34,521 nt of DNA, taken from Deltaproteobacteria bacterium (GTDB taxonomy: Bacteria > Desulfobacterota > Dissulfuribacteria > Dissulfuribacterales > QOAL01). The notes beneath the pieces were generated by a model, which was given only the letters and a program-made list of their open reading frames with translations, made no database searches and had not been told where the DNA came from. How positions within the stretch are numbered: position 1 is the first letter of the stretch; every line of letters begins with the position of its first letter. The translations under genes were made by a program, and so were the position numbers. The stretch covers positions 1 through 34,521 of the forward strand of contig JALVQQ010000187.1 of assembly GCA_027025395.1 (NCBI GenBank), written 5' to 3'. This document shows positions 10,223 through 19,441 of the stretch, piece by piece.

Positions 10223-10472
10223 TGAGATGGGTAATCGCTCCCTGGTCGGTGTCAGCGAGTTTGTCCTGAAGGTATCGTTCCATGCCGCTTCTGTCTTGAA
10301 TGTCACGGATTCGCAAGAGAGAGGCGCTCGGCACCTAGTATGTGTGAACACCCGTCGGACCCTAAAAGATGTATCAGATAGCCCGGCTATTTTCCACTGC
10401 ACTGAAGAGTGGCATTTAAGAGCGGATCAGGAGAATATGGGTCCGGCAGATTTCCAGGGAGGCCGGAACAAA

Positions 10473-10501
10473 AGAACCGGGGAGTTCCCCGGCTCTTTTT
10501 C
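10473..10501. terminator. hairpin terminator, possibly bidirectional (downstream of usp; also followed by TTTTT on the plus strand)
   Basis: Stem AGAACCGGGG / CCCCGGCTCT (one mismatch), loop AGTT. Followed by TTTTT on plus and CTTTTGTT on minus. Confidence 0.5.
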
Positions 10502-10591
10502 ACGGCAAAAGCAGTCTTTACTTATGAACAGTTGAAAAATTGAAACCGTGTCCGTCCGCACGTCCTTACGTGTCATGACTCCGTTATTGCC

Positions 10592-11032
10592 CTATTTGAA
10601 AGGGTTTACAGTGAGTACCGGGCACTTCGCCATCTTTACCACCTCGGCCGCAACACTGCCGAACATGATCTTTTCAAGTCCCTTTCTTCCGTGGGTTCCC
10701 ATGATAATCATGTCAATGCCCTTGTCAGCCGCGTATTTTACAATCTCCTCGCCGGCATTACCTACGATTACGGCGGTTTCTGCATCGTCAAGGCCGTTTT
10801 CTTCAACAAAGCGCCTCATCGCCTTTTCTGCCCCGTCAATGAGTTCTTTTTCAAAGGAAGAATACCAGGCGGCGCCCATCTCAAAGCCGGCAAATTCCTC
10901 TGCGCCTCTTACCACATGGACAAGATGAATTTTTGCCCCCAGTTTTTCAGCCATGAGTTTTACATAGGGAAGAACCTTTTCCGAACTTGATGTAAAGTCC
11001 ACAGGAAACAGAATTGATTTGATTTCAGCCAT
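10592..11032 (-). CDS. universal stress protein (UspA family)
   Basis: ORF 10592..11131. The likely start is the internal ATG at 11032 (MAEIKSILFPVDF), preceded by AGGAGA. C-terminal ATP-binding type motif MGTHGRKGLEKIMFGSVA. Confidence 0.85.
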   Translation of the reverse strand: MAEIKSILFPVDFTSSSEKVLPYVKLMAEKLGAKIHLVHVVRGAEEFAGFEMGAAWYSSFEKELIDGAEKAMRRFVEENGLDDAETAVIVGNAGEEIVKYAADKGIDMIIMGTHGRKGLEKIMFGSVAAEVVKMAKCPVLTVNPFK

Positions 11033-11583
11033 GCCTATTCTCCTTTCTTTTAAAAAATTTTGCCTGATAGCCTGCCCGTTTCCGGAGCCTGGCATCCTGC
11101 TGGGTGTGTTACTGACATATCCGTGGCTCATGTGCCGCTGAGTGGCTGGCCATGGTTGTCAATATCCTCCAGTTTGTTCTTGCCTTCATTTCCTGCCCTG
11201 CAATTTACCATGTCGTGTGAACAGGGCGTGCGCCGGTTTCATAATCATCTGGGCAATGTACACTGTTTATACTTAAAGATCAGTCCTGTTGGCCATTATG
11301 TCAAGGTATGGATATTGGATTTCGGTTTTCTGCCCTCATGTTGCAAAAAATATTTGTGGTGTTAAATATTCATGATTCATGTCCGGCAATTGAAACCTGA
11401 GCTGTCATGTTGTTCATCCACAAGCCAGCAGGCGGCCATGACCTGCTGTGTGCTGATAGCAGTCATCTTCGCAAATGCGCTTAATCCGGGCCTGGTTCGG
11501 ACAGCTGTCGGACATTATGCACGGTTTTTAGAGAAACTGACAAACCATGATCCTGTATCTTGGTGTTGCGTTAAATTGTTTTA

Positions 11584-12183
11584 ATGAATCTTCTGCTCCA
11601 TATCTGCTGCGGGCCCTGTGCGCTTTACCCGCTTGAGGTGTTGCGTGACGAGGGAATTGTCCCTGTGGGATATTTTTTTAATCCGAATATTCATCCCTTC
11701 AGGGAGTATGAGAGGCGGGTTGAAGCCCTGAGAACCGTCGCGGCCTCCTGTCATCTTGAAATGATTTGGGACAGCAGGGGATATGATATTAACATGTGGT
11801 TCAGGGCTGTGGGGAGTGATACTGAACAAAAACTGAGATGCCCCGCATGTTATGAGATGCGTCTTGAGGCTGCTGCGGAAACGGCTGCGGCATCAGGTAT
11901 GGATGCGTTCAGTACCACGCTGCTTTACAGCCGCTATCAGCAGCATCAGGCGATTCGTGATACAGGTGTCAGGCTGGCGCGTCGCCATGGGCTGAAATTT
12001 TTTTACAGGGATTTTCGTCAGGGCTGGCAGCGGGGTATAGAGATGGCCGTAAAGTCCGGCATATACCGCCAGCCATACTGTGGCTGTGTTTTCAGTGAGA
12101 GAGAACGCTACGGGGCAAGGGAAAAAAGGCTTGCCGCGTCCCTTGCCTCTGAAGGGCGGGCTGGCAGACCCGGTGAATCATGA
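11584..12183 (+). CDS. queH: epoxyqueuosine reductase QueH (DUF208)
   Basis: 199-aa ORF with LLLHICCGPCA at the N-terminus, CPACY, and YRQPYCGCVFSE motifs characteristic of QueH. Confidence 0.8.
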   Translation: MNLLLHICCGPCALYPLEVLRDEGIVPVGYFFNPNIHPFREYERRVEALRTVAASCHLEMIWDSRGYDINMWFRAVGSDTEQKLRCPACYEMRLEAAAETAAASGMDAFSTTLLYSRYQQHQAIRDTGVRLARRHGLKFFYRDFRQGWQRGIEMAVKSGIYRQPYCGCVFSERERYGAREKRLAASLASEGRAGRPGES

Positions 12184-12243
12184 ATATACACGGCTGTTTT
12201 TCCCATAATGGCTTGAAATGTCAGGTGCGGAGGTCGTTGGGGT

Positions 12244-12465
12244 ATGAATCCCTTGAGTGAAATTGGAAAGTTCCTGATCGCAGCCGGCCTGTTCATGGTG
12301 GCTGCGGGCATTATCATGGTGTTTCTGCCTAAATTGCCATTTATCGGCAGACTTCCTGGCGATATAGTAATAAAACGGGGCAATTTTACCTTTTATTTTC
12401 CGATCGCCACGTCAATAATCCTCAGCGTGGTTTTAACCATTATATTTTCGATATTCAGAAAATGA
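12244..12465 (+). CDS. DUF2905 small membrane protein
   Basis: 73-aa two-TM ORF with the RLPGDIVIKRGNFTFYFPIATSI signature. Its stop overlaps the next start (ATGA at 12462-12465). Confidence 0.7.
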   Translation: MNPLSEIGKFLIAAGLFMVAAGIIMVFLPKLPFIGRLPGDIVIKRGNFTFYFPIATSIILSVVLTIIFSIFRK

Positions 12466-12851
12466 CAAGAAGGCACTGGCTCAGAAGGTACCTGCCCGCG
12501 TTTGTTGCCGTATGCCTCTCATGGCCTTTGTTCAGATTTGTGGTTTCAAAGAGGTACAGGCCCCCACGCAAGGTGAGGATCAGGCAAAGGCTCGCTGCCG
12601 GAAACTTTATTATAGAGCCCGAGTTCGTGCTGTTCGAGGACAAGAACGGCCCTTTTGCCATCTCGCGAACCTGTACACATCTGGGATGCACTCTCACCTA
12701 TGACCAGTCGGAGGGGCTGTTCATCTGTCCATGCCACCAGAGCCGGTTCAGCAGCACCGGGAAATATGTTTCAGGGCCTGCCCGCAAGGATCTGGAACGC
12801 TTCAGGGTGAATGTATCGGACGATGGCGGGGGGTATGTGGTGCTGATCTGA
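12462..12851 (+). CDS. Rieske [2Fe-2S] protein, bc/b6f type, with Tat-like signal
   Basis: 129-aa ORF. N-terminal T-R-R-H-W-L-R twin-arginine motif plus a hydrophobic anchor. Cluster-binding boxes CTHLGC and CPCH. Confidence 0.85.
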   Translation: MTRRHWLRRYLPAFVAVCLSWPLFRFVVSKRYRPPRKVRIRQRLAAGNFIIEPEFVLFEDKNGPFAISRTCTHLGCTLTYDQSEGLFICPCHQSRFSSTGKYVSGPARKDLERFRVNVSDDGGGYVVLI

Positions 12852-12853
12852 CA

Positions 12854-13681
12854 ATGCAGATGGAACGTACAGGCGAGATGTCGGCCTCTCTGCTCATTGT
12901 TTCAGCCATGTCCGGTTTTGTGCTGGCATACCAGTATGAGGCCGCGGCTCCATTTGTTTCAACCGTGGCGGTTGAAACCGTGCTCCCGTTCGGTTCTTTC
13001 TGGCGCTCTGTACATTTCTGGTCCAGCCAGGGTTTTTTCCTCATGCTGCTGGCGCATGTGTGGAGATATACAGATTCCCTTGAAAGCCTTGGCGGAAATA
13101 TCCGGGGGCGCATCCATTGGGCGGTTGTAAGCATTACCATTCCGCTTGCTCTCTATGCGCTTTTCAGCGGCTATGTCATGCGGAATGATGCCACCGGGCA
13201 GGCGGCCGGGGCAATAGCGGAACATCTCTTTCTCCAGGTTCCAGTGGCAGGGTCCGTGATTGACCGGCTGCTCATGGCCTCTGCAGCGGAGGGCATGAAC
13301 AGGGTCTATGTTGTCCATATACTGTTCACTGTCCTGTGCTGGGGCCTTGGCACATGGTACCATACCAGGCGTGCAAGGGTGGGGGGCGGTGTTTTTGCAT
13401 GGATGCTTGGCCTGTCGGTTGCAGCCGGAGTGGTGCTGCACGCGCCAATTGATCTTCCGGGGCAGAATCCGCACCTTATCAAGGGCCCCTGGTTTTTTTT
13501 AGGCATTCAGGAACTTCTGCGTCATTCCACCCCCCTGGTTGCGGGAGTGCTGTTTCCGCTTGTTCCCATTGCCGCAGTTGCAGCGCTTCCCTGGTGCTGG
13601 CGGGCCTGGTGGACATGGCTTTGTCTTGCCGCGTGGGCTGCTGTGTATTGCCTGGCGACGGTTGTGGCACTGGCCAGATAA
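12854..13681 (+). CDS. cytochrome b6-like protein fused to a subunit-IV-like C-terminus
   Basis: ORF 12731..13681. The likely start is ATG 12854, 2 nt after the Rieske stop. RSVHFWSSQGFFLMLLAHVWR has His pairs spaced 13. HILFTVLCWGLGTWYH has His pairs spaced 14, as in b6. C-terminal IKGPWFFLGIQELLR corresponds to the PEWY region. Confidence 0.8.
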   Translation: MQMERTGEMSASLLIVSAMSGFVLAYQYEAAAPFVSTVAVETVLPFGSFWRSVHFWSSQGFFLMLLAHVWRYTDSLESLGGNIRGRIHWAVVSITIPLALYALFSGYVMRNDATGQAAGAIAEHLFLQVPVAGSVIDRLLMASAAEGMNRVYVVHILFTVLCWGLGTWYHTRRARVGGGVFAWMLGLSVAAGVVLHAPIDLPGQNPHLIKGPWFFLGIQELLRHSTPLVAGVLFPLVPIAAVAALPWCWRAWWTWLCLAAWAAVYCLATVVALAR

Positions 13682-13878
13682 TTCAAACTCGATTTTTGTC
13701 CAAATGCCTCAAGGTCAAACAATTGCCAAATCATGTCAGGCATTATGGGAAATTGTGACAATCAAGCCCGTCCCTGGCAAAAAGTGATTTACAAAACAGA
13801 AAAATTGATAGAGTATGTGTGTTTGAGAAATATCCTGATTGTTGGAAAAATAATGACACGGTTAAGAGGTACGTTACC

Positions 13879-15009
13879 ATGATTATAATACTTAAATCCG
13901 ACATTGATCCCAATGGCCCCGAAATGACCGGGCTGCTTGACTATCTTGCCCAATTTCCGGATGTGAAAACCCGCGTTTCGGGTGTCAGGGGCACGAGCCG
14001 CGTGGTGAATGAGCTTTATCTCATAGGCCCCACCCATCATGTGCCCCAGGATACCATTGAACGCATGCCCGGGGTTGAAAAGGTGGTAAGGGTATCAAGC
14101 AAGTACAGGCAGATAGGACGCCACGGCGGACAGATGGAAGAGCTGGGATTTACCTATCAGGGCATTGAGTTCACCCAGGGAAGTTTCAACGTGTTCATGG
14201 GGCCATGCGCGGTGGATACCCCGGAGCATGTGGAAATAATGTTCAGGAACATGCAGCGGGTTGGGGTGACAACGGCTCGCATGGGTGCTTACAAGCCTCG
14301 TACCAGTCCCTACGACTTCCAGGGGCATGGCAAGACATGTCTGCCCTGGGTGTTTGAACTTGCCGGCAAATACGGCATAAAAGTCATCGCCATGGAGGTG
14401 CTGAGGGCAGTTCATATAGAGGAGATAATGGATGCCCTGGAAGATGCGGGTCATCCTACCGGTGTGATGCTCCAGGTAGGCACACGCAATGCTCAGAATT
14501 TCGAGCTGCTGAAGGCTGTTGGATCCCAGCAGGAGTTTCCCGTGCTGTACAAGCGCGGCATGGGGCTAACCATAGAGGAGTCCCTGAACGCCTGTGAATA
14601 CATTGCAAGCGAGGGCAACCGCAATATTGTGGTTTGCCTTCGGGGCATAAAATCAAGACTGGGTGACCCTCACAGGAACCTTGTGGACTTCATGCATGTT
14701 CCAGTGCTGAAACGGCTTACCAGGTTGCCTGTCTGCATTGATCCTACCCATTCAGTCGGTTCAAAGGACAGGGCGCCGGACGGCCTGCTGGATATTTTTC
14801 ATGCCACTGCCCAGGGGGTTATTTCAGGAGCGAACATGGTGCTCGTGGAGTTTCATCCCCGTCCGGAACTTGCCCTCTGTGACGGGCCGCAGGCCCTGAC
14901 CATGCAGGAGCTTGATCACTTTATGGCCGATGTGGAGATTGCAAGAAAGGCATATCTTGAGCGCAAGGCCCTTGCCTCACGCGCTCTGCTTAAAGACTGG
15001 ACAGCCTGA
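13879..15009 (+). CDS. aroF: 3-deoxy-7-phosphoheptulonate (DAHP) synthase, type I-beta with N-terminal regulatory domain
   Basis: ORF 13819..15009. ATG 13879 is preceded by AAGAGG. KPRTSPYDFQG and IDPTHSVG motifs are present. The ~90-aa N-terminal extension resembles the ferredoxin-like regulatory domain. Confidence 0.8.
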   Translation: MIIILKSDIDPNGPEMTGLLDYLAQFPDVKTRVSGVRGTSRVVNELYLIGPTHHVPQDTIERMPGVEKVVRVSSKYRQIGRHGGQMEELGFTYQGIEFTQGSFNVFMGPCAVDTPEHVEIMFRNMQRVGVTTARMGAYKPRTSPYDFQGHGKTCLPWVFELAGKYGIKVIAMEVLRAVHIEEIMDALEDAGHPTGVMLQVGTRNAQNFELLKAVGSQQEFPVLYKRGMGLTIEESLNACEYIASEGNRNIVVCLRGIKSRLGDPHRNLVDFMHVPVLKRLTRLPVCIDPTHSVGSKDRAPDGLLDIFHATAQGVISGANMVLVEFHPRPELALCDGPQALTMQELDHFMADVEIARKAYLERKALASRALLKDWTA

Positions 15010-15026
15010 TGTCGGGAGACGTTTCC

Positions 15027-15728
15027 ATGAAACTTCATTATATACAGCACGTTCCGTTTGAAGGCCCGGCCGCGGTGCTGGACTGGGCGCGGGAACGGAA
15101 CTGGGAAAGCAGGGGCACCATGCTTTTTGAAAGAGATCCCCTGCCGGACATCTCCAGCTTTGATATGTTGGTGGTCATGGGAGGCCCAATGGGAGTATTT
15201 GATGAAGAAGATTATCCCTGGCTGGCTGACGAAAAGAGGTTCCTCAAAGAGGCAATAGAGTCCGGCAGGCCGGTGCTGGGTATCTGCCTTGGCGCCCAGC
15301 TTCTTGCAAATGTTCTGGGCGCCCATGTGCAGAAGAATATCGTCAAGGAGATAGGCTGGTTTCCGGTCTCCCTCACCCCGCCGGGTTGGGAGTCTCCGAT
15401 ATTCAGGGGCATTCCCGCTACCTTCGAGGCTTTTCACTGGCATGGAGATATGTTCCGGATACCAGAGGGTGGCGTGCAGGTGGCAAACTCTGAGGCCTGT
15501 CCCAACCAGGCCTTTACCTGGAATGACCGGGTGGTGGGGCTCCAGTTTCACCTTGAAACCACAAGGGAGTCTCTTGAAAGCCTGGTATCCAACTGCGGGG
15601 ATGAACTCAGGGTTGAAGCAGAATATGTTCAGAAACCCGAGGTAATTCTGGAAGAGGGAAGGGATTACACCTCAATGCGCAATCATCTCTTTACGCTGCT
15701 TGACAATATGTCAGGCTGTATCCGCTGA
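15027..15728 (+). CDS. class I glutamine amidotransferase-like protein
   Basis: ORF 15009..15728. ATG 15027 is preceded by GGGAGA. MKLHYIQHVPFEGP start, nucleophile elbow GICLGAQLLA, and FHWHGD motif. Confidence 0.8.
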   Translation: MKLHYIQHVPFEGPAAVLDWARERNWESRGTMLFERDPLPDISSFDMLVVMGGPMGVFDEEDYPWLADEKRFLKEAIESGRPVLGICLGAQLLANVLGAHVQKNIVKEIGWFPVSLTPPGWESPIFRGIPATFEAFHWHGDMFRIPEGGVQVANSEACPNQAFTWNDRVVGLQFHLETTRESLESLVSNCGDELRVEAEYVQKPEVILEEGRDYTSMRNHLFTLLDNMSGCIR

Positions 15729-15792
15729 TTGTGACAAAACTGCAGGCCGGATTTGGATGTTCATGCCCGGCTTTTTGGGGACTTGGATGTAG

Positions 15793-17004
15793 ATGAAGGT
15801 ATTCAGGCGTGTTGGCAAGTATTTTGGCTGTCACCTGGAGCAAAACTCCATGCTGTGGGCAGTTCCGGTCATCTTGTTGCTTCTCTCCGGATGTGCCGTC
15901 AGACAACAGATGCCAGAACTGTTTCCGCGGGAAAGCAAGGAGCCACGGGAGCCGGAAATTGCAATATTTGATGTGTCAGCGCTGCCTGCAACGTACATGG
16001 GCACGGTATCTTCGGCCAATTGTCCGGAACTGAAGTTTCACATCACCATCTCGCCGGACCATACCTACTCCATGAAACGCTCATGCCGCATGGAAAAAGG
16101 ATCGCCCCCTGAAGAGGTGGTTGATTCAGGCGTGTGGCAACTTGCAGGCAACAGTACCCGGCTTGAGTTATTTACAGAGGGCGTGAAACTTGCGGCCTTT
16201 AAGGTGATTGATGCAAAATGCCTGGAACCTGATGCGGCGGATGCCGCTCCTTCCGCCTCTTCCCCCATTTCTTCCGGTGATATTAAATCGGCGGATAATG
16301 GAATCTGCAGGCAGGAACAGGTGATACCCTTCGAATCCGCAAGGCAGATGCGCGGACTCTACTCATGCATGGCGGATGTCGGCATATTCAGGGATTGTGA
16401 AACCGGAAAACGTTACATTGTGCTTCATGAAGGGGATAACGCCGCCCTTGAGAATGCCTATCTCAATGCCGAACATGGCATAGCAGAGCCCCTGGTCGTC
16501 AAGGTGCTGGGAGTTGTAAAAACGGTACCGGCAGTAGAGGGACAGCGGCTCGAGAGGGTGCTTCTGGTGGAACGTTTTGTAGCCATCACCCCCTACAAGT
16601 CATGCCGCAGCGAATCTCTGGAGCCAGCAAGCTGCGGCACGGTTTCAGCGCCCGTGATTGAAAATATCAAGTGGGAGCTTGTGGAGCTTGCCGGTGAACG
16701 CATAGAGCCTGTAAATGGAGTATCGCCGGGGTTCAGGCTTAATCCCCAGGGAATGAGCATGAGGGGGTTCGGCGGCTGCAACCGCATGATGGGGATGTAT
16801 GAATTGCATGAAGACCTTTTGCATTTCAGGAACATAGCCACAACAAAAAGATTCTGCCAGGAAACCCTTGGGCTTGAAGACAGGCTGATTCAGGCACTGG
16901 AACATGTAAAGACCTACCGGATCGAAGGTGATCTGCTTGAGCTATACGGTGATTACGGCCTGCTGGCGGTCTTCAGGAAGGCAGGGAGCCGGGCCGGGAT
17001 CTGA
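15793..17004 (+). CDS. lipoprotein with C-terminal META (HslJ-like) domain
   Basis: 403-aa ORF with lipobox LLLSGC. The C-terminal ~110 aa (IKWELVELAG...GFGGCNRMMGMYE...LEL) match the META domain pattern. An alternative start lies at 15850. Confidence 0.7.
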   Translation: MKVFRRVGKYFGCHLEQNSMLWAVPVILLLLSGCAVRQQMPELFPRESKEPREPEIAIFDVSALPATYMGTVSSANCPELKFHITISPDHTYSMKRSCRMEKGSPPEEVVDSGVWQLAGNSTRLELFTEGVKLAAFKVIDAKCLEPDAADAAPSASSPISSGDIKSADNGICRQEQVIPFESARQMRGLYSCMADVGIFRDCETGKRYIVLHEGDNAALENAYLNAEHGIAEPLVVKVLGVVKTVPAVEGQRLERVLLVERFVAITPYKSCRSESLEPASCGTVSAPVIENIKWELVELAGERIEPVNGVSPGFRLNPQGMSMRGFGGCNRMMGMYELHEDLLHFRNIATTKRFCQETLGLEDRLIQALEHVKTYRIEGDLLELYGDYGLLAVFRKAGSRAGI

Positions 17005-17016
17005 AAAGGGGAAAAA

Positions 17017-17493
17017 TTGTTTTTACCGGAACTCGAAAGGAAGATACGGAAACTTCTTGCCAGCGGCATGAGCCGCGGGGATATATACGCAAGGCTTTCT
17101 GACAGCGAAGACAGGGATGAACTGGCCTATTTTCTTGACAACCTTCCCGAGCCGGATCTCAGGTCAAGATACATCTATCTTGTTTACATCCTGGCAGCCC
17201 TTCTTGCGGCGGTCACGGTCAGAAAGCTGATTATGGCCACATCCTGGGTTGGCGGATTCAATGCATTTTCCCTTCTCTCCCTGGTTGTTCCCACTATTAA
17301 TATATATCTGATCCGTGAGGTGCTGCTTTTTCATCGTAACGGCTTCCAGTTTACTGCTATACTTTCCCTCATATCTCTTGTAAACGCTGAAAACCGTGTA
17401 ATGCCCGAGGTGGTTATAATGCCCCTGACGGCACTTCTGGCTGGTTTTCTTTTTTTCCGCATGTTTCCCAAAGAAACCATGATCAGTAAATGA
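17017..17493 (+). CDS. hypothetical integral membrane protein
   Basis: 158-aa ORF with a TTG start. Soluble N-terminal ~50 aa followed by 3-4 hydrophobic helices. No recognisable family. Confidence 0.5.
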   Translation: MFLPELERKIRKLLASGMSRGDIYARLSDSEDRDELAYFLDNLPEPDLRSRYIYLVYILAALLAAVTVRKLIMATSWVGGFNAFSLLSLVVPTINIYLIREVLLFHRNGFQFTAILSLISLVNAENRVMPEVVIMPLTALLAGFLFFRMFPKETMISK

Positions 17494-17512
17494 AAATGGC
17501 TGGGGTCCGGAG

Positions 17513-18235
17513 TTGGGTTATCTTGAAAAGGAAGTAAACCGCCTTGTGGGGCAGGCCATGCACCGTTACAGCCTGCTTGAGCATGGCGACAGAATCATGA
17601 TGGCGGTCTCCGGCGGGGCTGACAGTATGCTATGCCTGTGGTTTCTGCGCCATTGGCTGCGCAAGGCCCCGATATTTTACGAAATTATTCCCGTACACCT
17701 TGACATGGGTTTCGGGCAGCGTTCATGGAAAAGGCTTGGGGCCTATTTCAGCCGCCTGGGCCATACATTTCACATTGAGGAGACCAGGTACGGCCTTGAG
17801 GCCCACGGGCCCGAAAACCGGGGTAAAAGCCCCTGTTTTGTCTGTTCCCTTAAGCGCCGGAAGCGCCTGTTTGAGCTTGCTGATGCGCTTGGATGTAATA
17901 AGATAGCCATGGGCCATAATGCTGATGATTTGATTGAAACATTCTTTATGAATATGTGCTACGTCGGGGAAATGAGCACAATGATTCCCAGGCAGGAGAT
18001 GTTTCAGGGGGCAATAACAATCATAAGGCCTATGGCCCTGGTGGAAAAAAACAAGATAAAAAAAATGGTCCACAGGCTGCGTTTGCCAATAATTGAAAAT
18101 CTATGTCCTTCAGCACACCACAGCAGCAGGACTTTCATAAGGAATATGCTGGAGGAACTGTACACATCAAACAGCAAGATACGCGGCAATCTGAAACGGG
18201 CGCTTGGCAATATAAGACGCGATTATCTGCTTTGA
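17513..18235 (+). CDS. PP-loop ATPase, TtcA-like tRNA 2-thiocytidine biosynthesis protein
   Basis: 240-aa ORF with the SGGADS PP-loop, a CFVCS CxxC motif, and GHNADD. TTG start. Confidence 0.7.
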   Translation: MGYLEKEVNRLVGQAMHRYSLLEHGDRIMMAVSGGADSMLCLWFLRHWLRKAPIFYEIIPVHLDMGFGQRSWKRLGAYFSRLGHTFHIEETRYGLEAHGPENRGKSPCFVCSLKRRKRLFELADALGCNKIAMGHNADDLIETFFMNMCYVGEMSTMIPRQEMFQGAITIIRPMALVEKNKIKKMVHRLRLPIIENLCPSAHHSSRTFIRNMLEELYTSNSKIRGNLKRALGNIRRDYLL

Positions 18236-18312
18236 CCATAACTGTTCATTGCCGGGATCACGTTTCAACTTGTGCAGATGTTCGTTAAGGAGCGATACTT
18301 GCGTACTGTTGA

Positions 18313-19359
18313 TCAGATTGTCCAACGCTCCCTCAGCATCCCGGCTACATACCATTGCCCTTTATACGGGGCAAGAACGATAATAATACCCTGCCAATCG
18401 TACTGTGCGCTGGAATGGGGATCCGTATGGCAGAAAGAATAGCCTGTGAGTGCATCAAATCCTTTTGCCGGAAAACCACGGAGCCTTTTGTCCAGTTTTG
18501 CAACTTTGTTAATTGACCCGGGACTGAGGGAGAGGGTGTCCACGTAGTGCCAGAGGTCCTTGCGGATGATGTCACCCCGTCCGTAAGTGTGCCCCCAGTC
18601 GATTTGCTGGCTGTTTTTCCAGTAAGTTTTGAACAGTTGCCGGGTAAACAATCTGTCGTCATCGGTTCCGAAGCCCGCCATTTCCGAGAGGCGGATCCCC
18701 TTGGCGGGATGGATAAGGGAGATGATAGCGGAGAGGTTTTTGTCATACAGGGCGTTGACCATCCGGACGGCAGCGTCAAAGGCAGGATCGCGATCAATTT
18801 CGCACATGGATCTGAGCCGTTGTTTGCCCAGATAGTCATTAACGTAGTGCAGGGAAACGCAGTATCCTGTATCCCCATATTTCATGGCGCTGAATTTGTT
18901 TGCCCCGATTAGGCGGGATCGGGCTATCCATTCGGTGTGCAGGCCGGTTACGGTCTCCTCTCCAGACAGGCGAGTGACGACGAGGCAGTCTTCACCGCGG
19001 CATTTGAGCGAGACGTAGCAGCCGTTTTCCCTGCCTTTGATCCTGACATAGCCGTAGTTGCTTTCCTGGATAGATTTTGCGTTGACCCAGCCGGCTGTTC
19101 CGCCATAGTCCACGAGAGGGTCGGGGTGGATGCGGCACCACCTGGAGCGGCCGATCCGGCGGCACTGATCGATATAGACATGGGCGCCGTTTGGAAAAGT
19201 GCCAAGCTTTCGGCTGTGACAGCCGGGGCGGGCGCGGACGCTGAGGGCGTGGCGGCCGGCCACGTTGACGACCTTGCCGAAGAGCGCGGGCGAGGCGGCA
19301 TGGGCTGCCGCGCCCAGACAGATGAGCAGCAGAAACGATCGGATTATTATTCCCATCAT
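18313..19359 (-). CDS. secreted SH3b-domain protein of unknown function
   Basis: 348-aa ORF. Signal peptide ...LGAAAHAAS, then an SH3_3-like segment (VNVAGRHALSVRARPG...GAHVYIDQC). The remainder is unassigned. Confidence 0.65.
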   Translation of the reverse strand: MMGIIIRSFLLLICLGAAAHAASPALFGKVVNVAGRHALSVRARPGCHSRKLGTFPNGAHVYIDQCRRIGRSRWCRIHPDPLVDYGGTAGWVNAKSIQESNYGYVRIKGRENGCYVSLKCRGEDCLVVTRLSGEETVTGLHTEWIARSRLIGANKFSAMKYGDTGYCVSLHYVNDYLGKQRLRSMCEIDRDPAFDAAVRMVNALYDKNLSAIISLIHPAKGIRLSEMAGFGTDDDRLFTRQLFKTYWKNSQQIDWGHTYGRGDIIRKDLWHYVDTLSLSPGSINKVAKLDKRLRGFPAKGFDALTGYSFCHTDPHSSAQYDWQGIIIVLAPYKGQWYVAGMLRERWTI

Positions 19360-19441
19360 TTAAAGTCACTCCAAAACAAGACCATTGGCTGCGCTGAAAA
19401 CATACATGCCTTGTTTGAAAGGCCGTACAATCATGCTTATG

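Noticed and set aside
10238-10461. 8-bp complementarity CTCCCTGG (10238-10245) / CCAGGGAG (10454-10461), suggestive of a 6S-like closing helix
   Set aside because: An 8-bp match within a 250-nt segment is roughly what chance predicts, and the helix does not extend. It is not evidence of structure on its own.
10227-10535. 102-aa plus ORF filling the rpsU-usp spacer
   Set aside because: It has no RBS, starts inside the T-run of the preceding terminator, and reads straight through the second terminator hairpin. I recognise no family. It remains only as an alternative to the sRNA hypothesis.
11033-11583. 550-bp usp-queH divergent spacer, including ORFs 11060-11365 and 11372-11584, and possible sigma-54 or preQ1 riboswitch elements
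   Set aside because: The ORF translations are Cys/Ser-rich and unconvincing. I found no TGGCAC-N5-TTGC match and no preQ1-I core by eye. I treat it as an ordinary divergent promoter region.
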